Part shown: one piece after another, positions 62,614 through 64,000 of the stretch
Layout of the letters: every line of letters starts with the position of its first letter
Numbering within the stretch: position 1 is the first letter of the stretch
The notes under the pieces: generated by a model
What the model was told of the DNA's origin: nothing
Databases searched by the model: none
The model's input: only the letters and a program-made list of their open reading frames with translations
DNA from: a virus
IMG/VR virus record: IMGVR_UViG_3300049445_000358
DNA length: 64,000 nucleotides
Direction: 5' to 3' (one strand)
Program-made: the position numbers and the translations under genes

Positions 62614-63129
62614 CTATGGCCATAGGATCTTGATGGGGACACAGACCATGGCCTGCGAGTCTGTATCTCCAGTGTACCTCAGAATAGCCCCTTGAATCTT
62701 CACGTATTGGACAAGGTTGCCCAATGTACAATTGTTCGGGAAACCAAAGCCAGCTGCATCACCGTCGATGGCGCTCTCGATCGCCTCCAACATCCAGGTG
62801 ACATACCTGGTTCCGAGCTCTTCCGAGTCTCCGGAATTGACGCTGCACCAGCCGAAGATCCGAGCTCCCAGCCAGCGGACGGGCGGCATGTGGAAACCTG
62901 GCTGCTCGTATATTTCCGGCATACCTTCGAACTGAGCCAAGAACGGCATGCTCTCCTGAGGGATCTGATTTCCATCAACGAACCTCCGAGCCGATCCCTG
63001 CCAGGTGCTGTGTCCCCGAATCTGCTGAGGGAACTGGGACTCCTTCAGTAGGTCAAACAGAGCCTGGAAGATCTGCTCACGAGAGGTGGCTAGCGAAGCA
63101 GTCGAAGTAGGCGATATCCGGAGTGTCAT
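62614..63129 (-). CDS. Tail terminator / completion protein
   Basis: REQIFQALFDLL...; synteny. Confidence 0.65.
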   Translation of the reverse strand: MTLRISPTSTASLATSREQIFQALFDLLKESQFPQQIRGHSTWQGSARRFVDGNQIPQESMPFLAQFEGMPEIYEQPGFHMPPVRWLGARIFGWCSVNSGDSEELGTRYVTWMLEAIESAIDGDAAGFGFPNNCTLGNLVQYVKIQGAILRYTGDTDSQAMVCVPIKILWP

Positions 63130-63140
63130 ATCTGCGCCTG

Positions 63141-63725
63141 CTAGCCCTTCACGAGGCCGACGCCGGAGTTGAGACCCGACCTGTTGATCGCCCTTATGAC
63201 TGCCAGCTCGATGTCATTGTTGGCCTCTCTAGCCATCTCCGTGAGCGCACTCAGTAGGTAGTAGTACGGGGCCATCTTGCCGCCTGGATGGTGCACCTGG
63301 AAGGCAACGACAAACTCATCCATCGTAGTCTCACCGCCCTGCTGGAACTCCTTCAGGGTGGAGGTAGGGAATACCAGAGCACTGGCGTTACGAGGCTTGA
63401 TGAGATGTGCAGGAATTACTCCACCCATCTCCAGGATGTTGGCGTAGGGGACCTCTTCATGGTCGACCCATACCTCACCTATGACGGTCTCGCCCTCATC
63501 GTACACAGCAGTCGATAAGGCCTGCGCCAGATGAACATGACCAGGTCTCGTAGCGCTATGCAGGTCCGAGAACATCTCACCTATGTTGGTCTCAGCCGCT
63601 GCCTTCAACTTGCCGGTAATCACACGCATCGCCGCCATCACCTCTTGCTTTGTGAGGGCAGGCAGCTCTCTGAACTTCTCCTGCAGAGAAATGACATTTA
63701 CGTCTACGCGGATTCCGTCGGCCAT
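63141..63725 (-). CDS. HK97 gp10-like tail completion protein
   Basis: VPYANILEMGG, HHPG...YL..AL; synteny. Confidence 0.7.
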   Translation of the reverse strand: MADGIRVDVNVISLQEKFRELPALTKQEVMAAMRVITGKLKAAAETNIGEMFSDLHSATRPGHVHLAQALSTAVYDEGETVIGEVWVDHEEVPYANILEMGGVIPAHLIKPRNASALVFPTSTLKEFQQGGETTMDEFVVAFQVHHPGGKMAPYYYLLSALTEMAREANNDIELAVIRAINRSGLNSGVGLVKG

Positions 63726-63733
63726 ACTACATG

Positions 63734-64000
63734 CTAGATCGGTAGGGTTGATTTGAAAGGTTGGAGCTGACGCTTGATCTGCGCTGGTATATCGGACAAG
63801 TCGTATCGGACGGTCACCTGCTGCTGAACGGTTCTCGACATCTCACCCACGCGCGACCGGTAGGCAAGACGCTCTGCTACGTATTGCAGAGCAGCCTCTT
63901 CCAAGGCGGCCGGGATGAAGCCGTAGGTAATCAGAACTGAAGCGGCCGCGTCATCCTTGTAGAACTCATAGATCCCAGGTTCACTCAGAGGAGAGCCTTC
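63734..64000 (-). CDS. Head-tail adaptor, 5'-partial
   Basis: ...ITYGFIPAALEEAALQYVAERLAYRSRVGEMS...LQPFKSTLPI*. Confidence 0.65.
   Translation of the reverse strand, partial: EGSPLSEPGIYEFYKDDAAASVLITYGFIPAALEEAALQYVAERLAYRSRVGEMSRTVQQQVTVRYDLSDIPAQIKRQLQPFKSTLPI

Noticed and set aside
1-64000. tRNA/tmRNA genes and stop-codon reassignment
   Set aside because: No cloverleaf or T-arm in intergenic space by eye (a tRNAscan/ARAGORN run is still advisable); TAA, TAG and TGA all end recognisable genes at expected lengths.

Overview
The window is 64 kb of a tailed dsDNA bacteriophage genome. A siphovirus of an Alphaproteobacterial host is likely; this is inferred from the GTA-like DUF2460/DUF2163/NlpC-P60/tip tail module and the class II RNR. 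Bases 1-47,133 are read on the + strand. They carry small early genes (RadA-like ATPase with a membrane anchor, purine PRTase, NYN nuclease), a Toprim primase-helicase, dCTP deaminase, RuvC, DUF5664 dNTP pyrophosphohydrolase, a DUF6745 gene pair, ATP-dependent ligase, Fic protein, SNF2 helicase, a nuclease/AAA/SSB recombination module, a queC-queD-queE-folE 7-deazaguanine cluster, ThyX, NrdJ, and an operon with a TGT-fold DpdA-like gene coupled to a UDG-PolA fusion polymerase. Bases 47,146-64,000 are read on the - strand and hold the tail morphogenesis genes. The strongest candidates for new biology are: (1) a 7-deazaguanine DNA-modification system with a divergent DpdA, possible guanine-pool remodelling enzymes and a glycosylase-fused polymerase; (2) a ~500 nt structured non-coding element at 18.0-18.5 kb; (3) signal-peptide-bearing genes translationally coupled to the tail fibre genes; (4) a six-member phage promoter family with a 19-bp box; (5) the promoter-driven DUF6745 pair. 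All family assignments come from motif recognition by eye; no database search was run.
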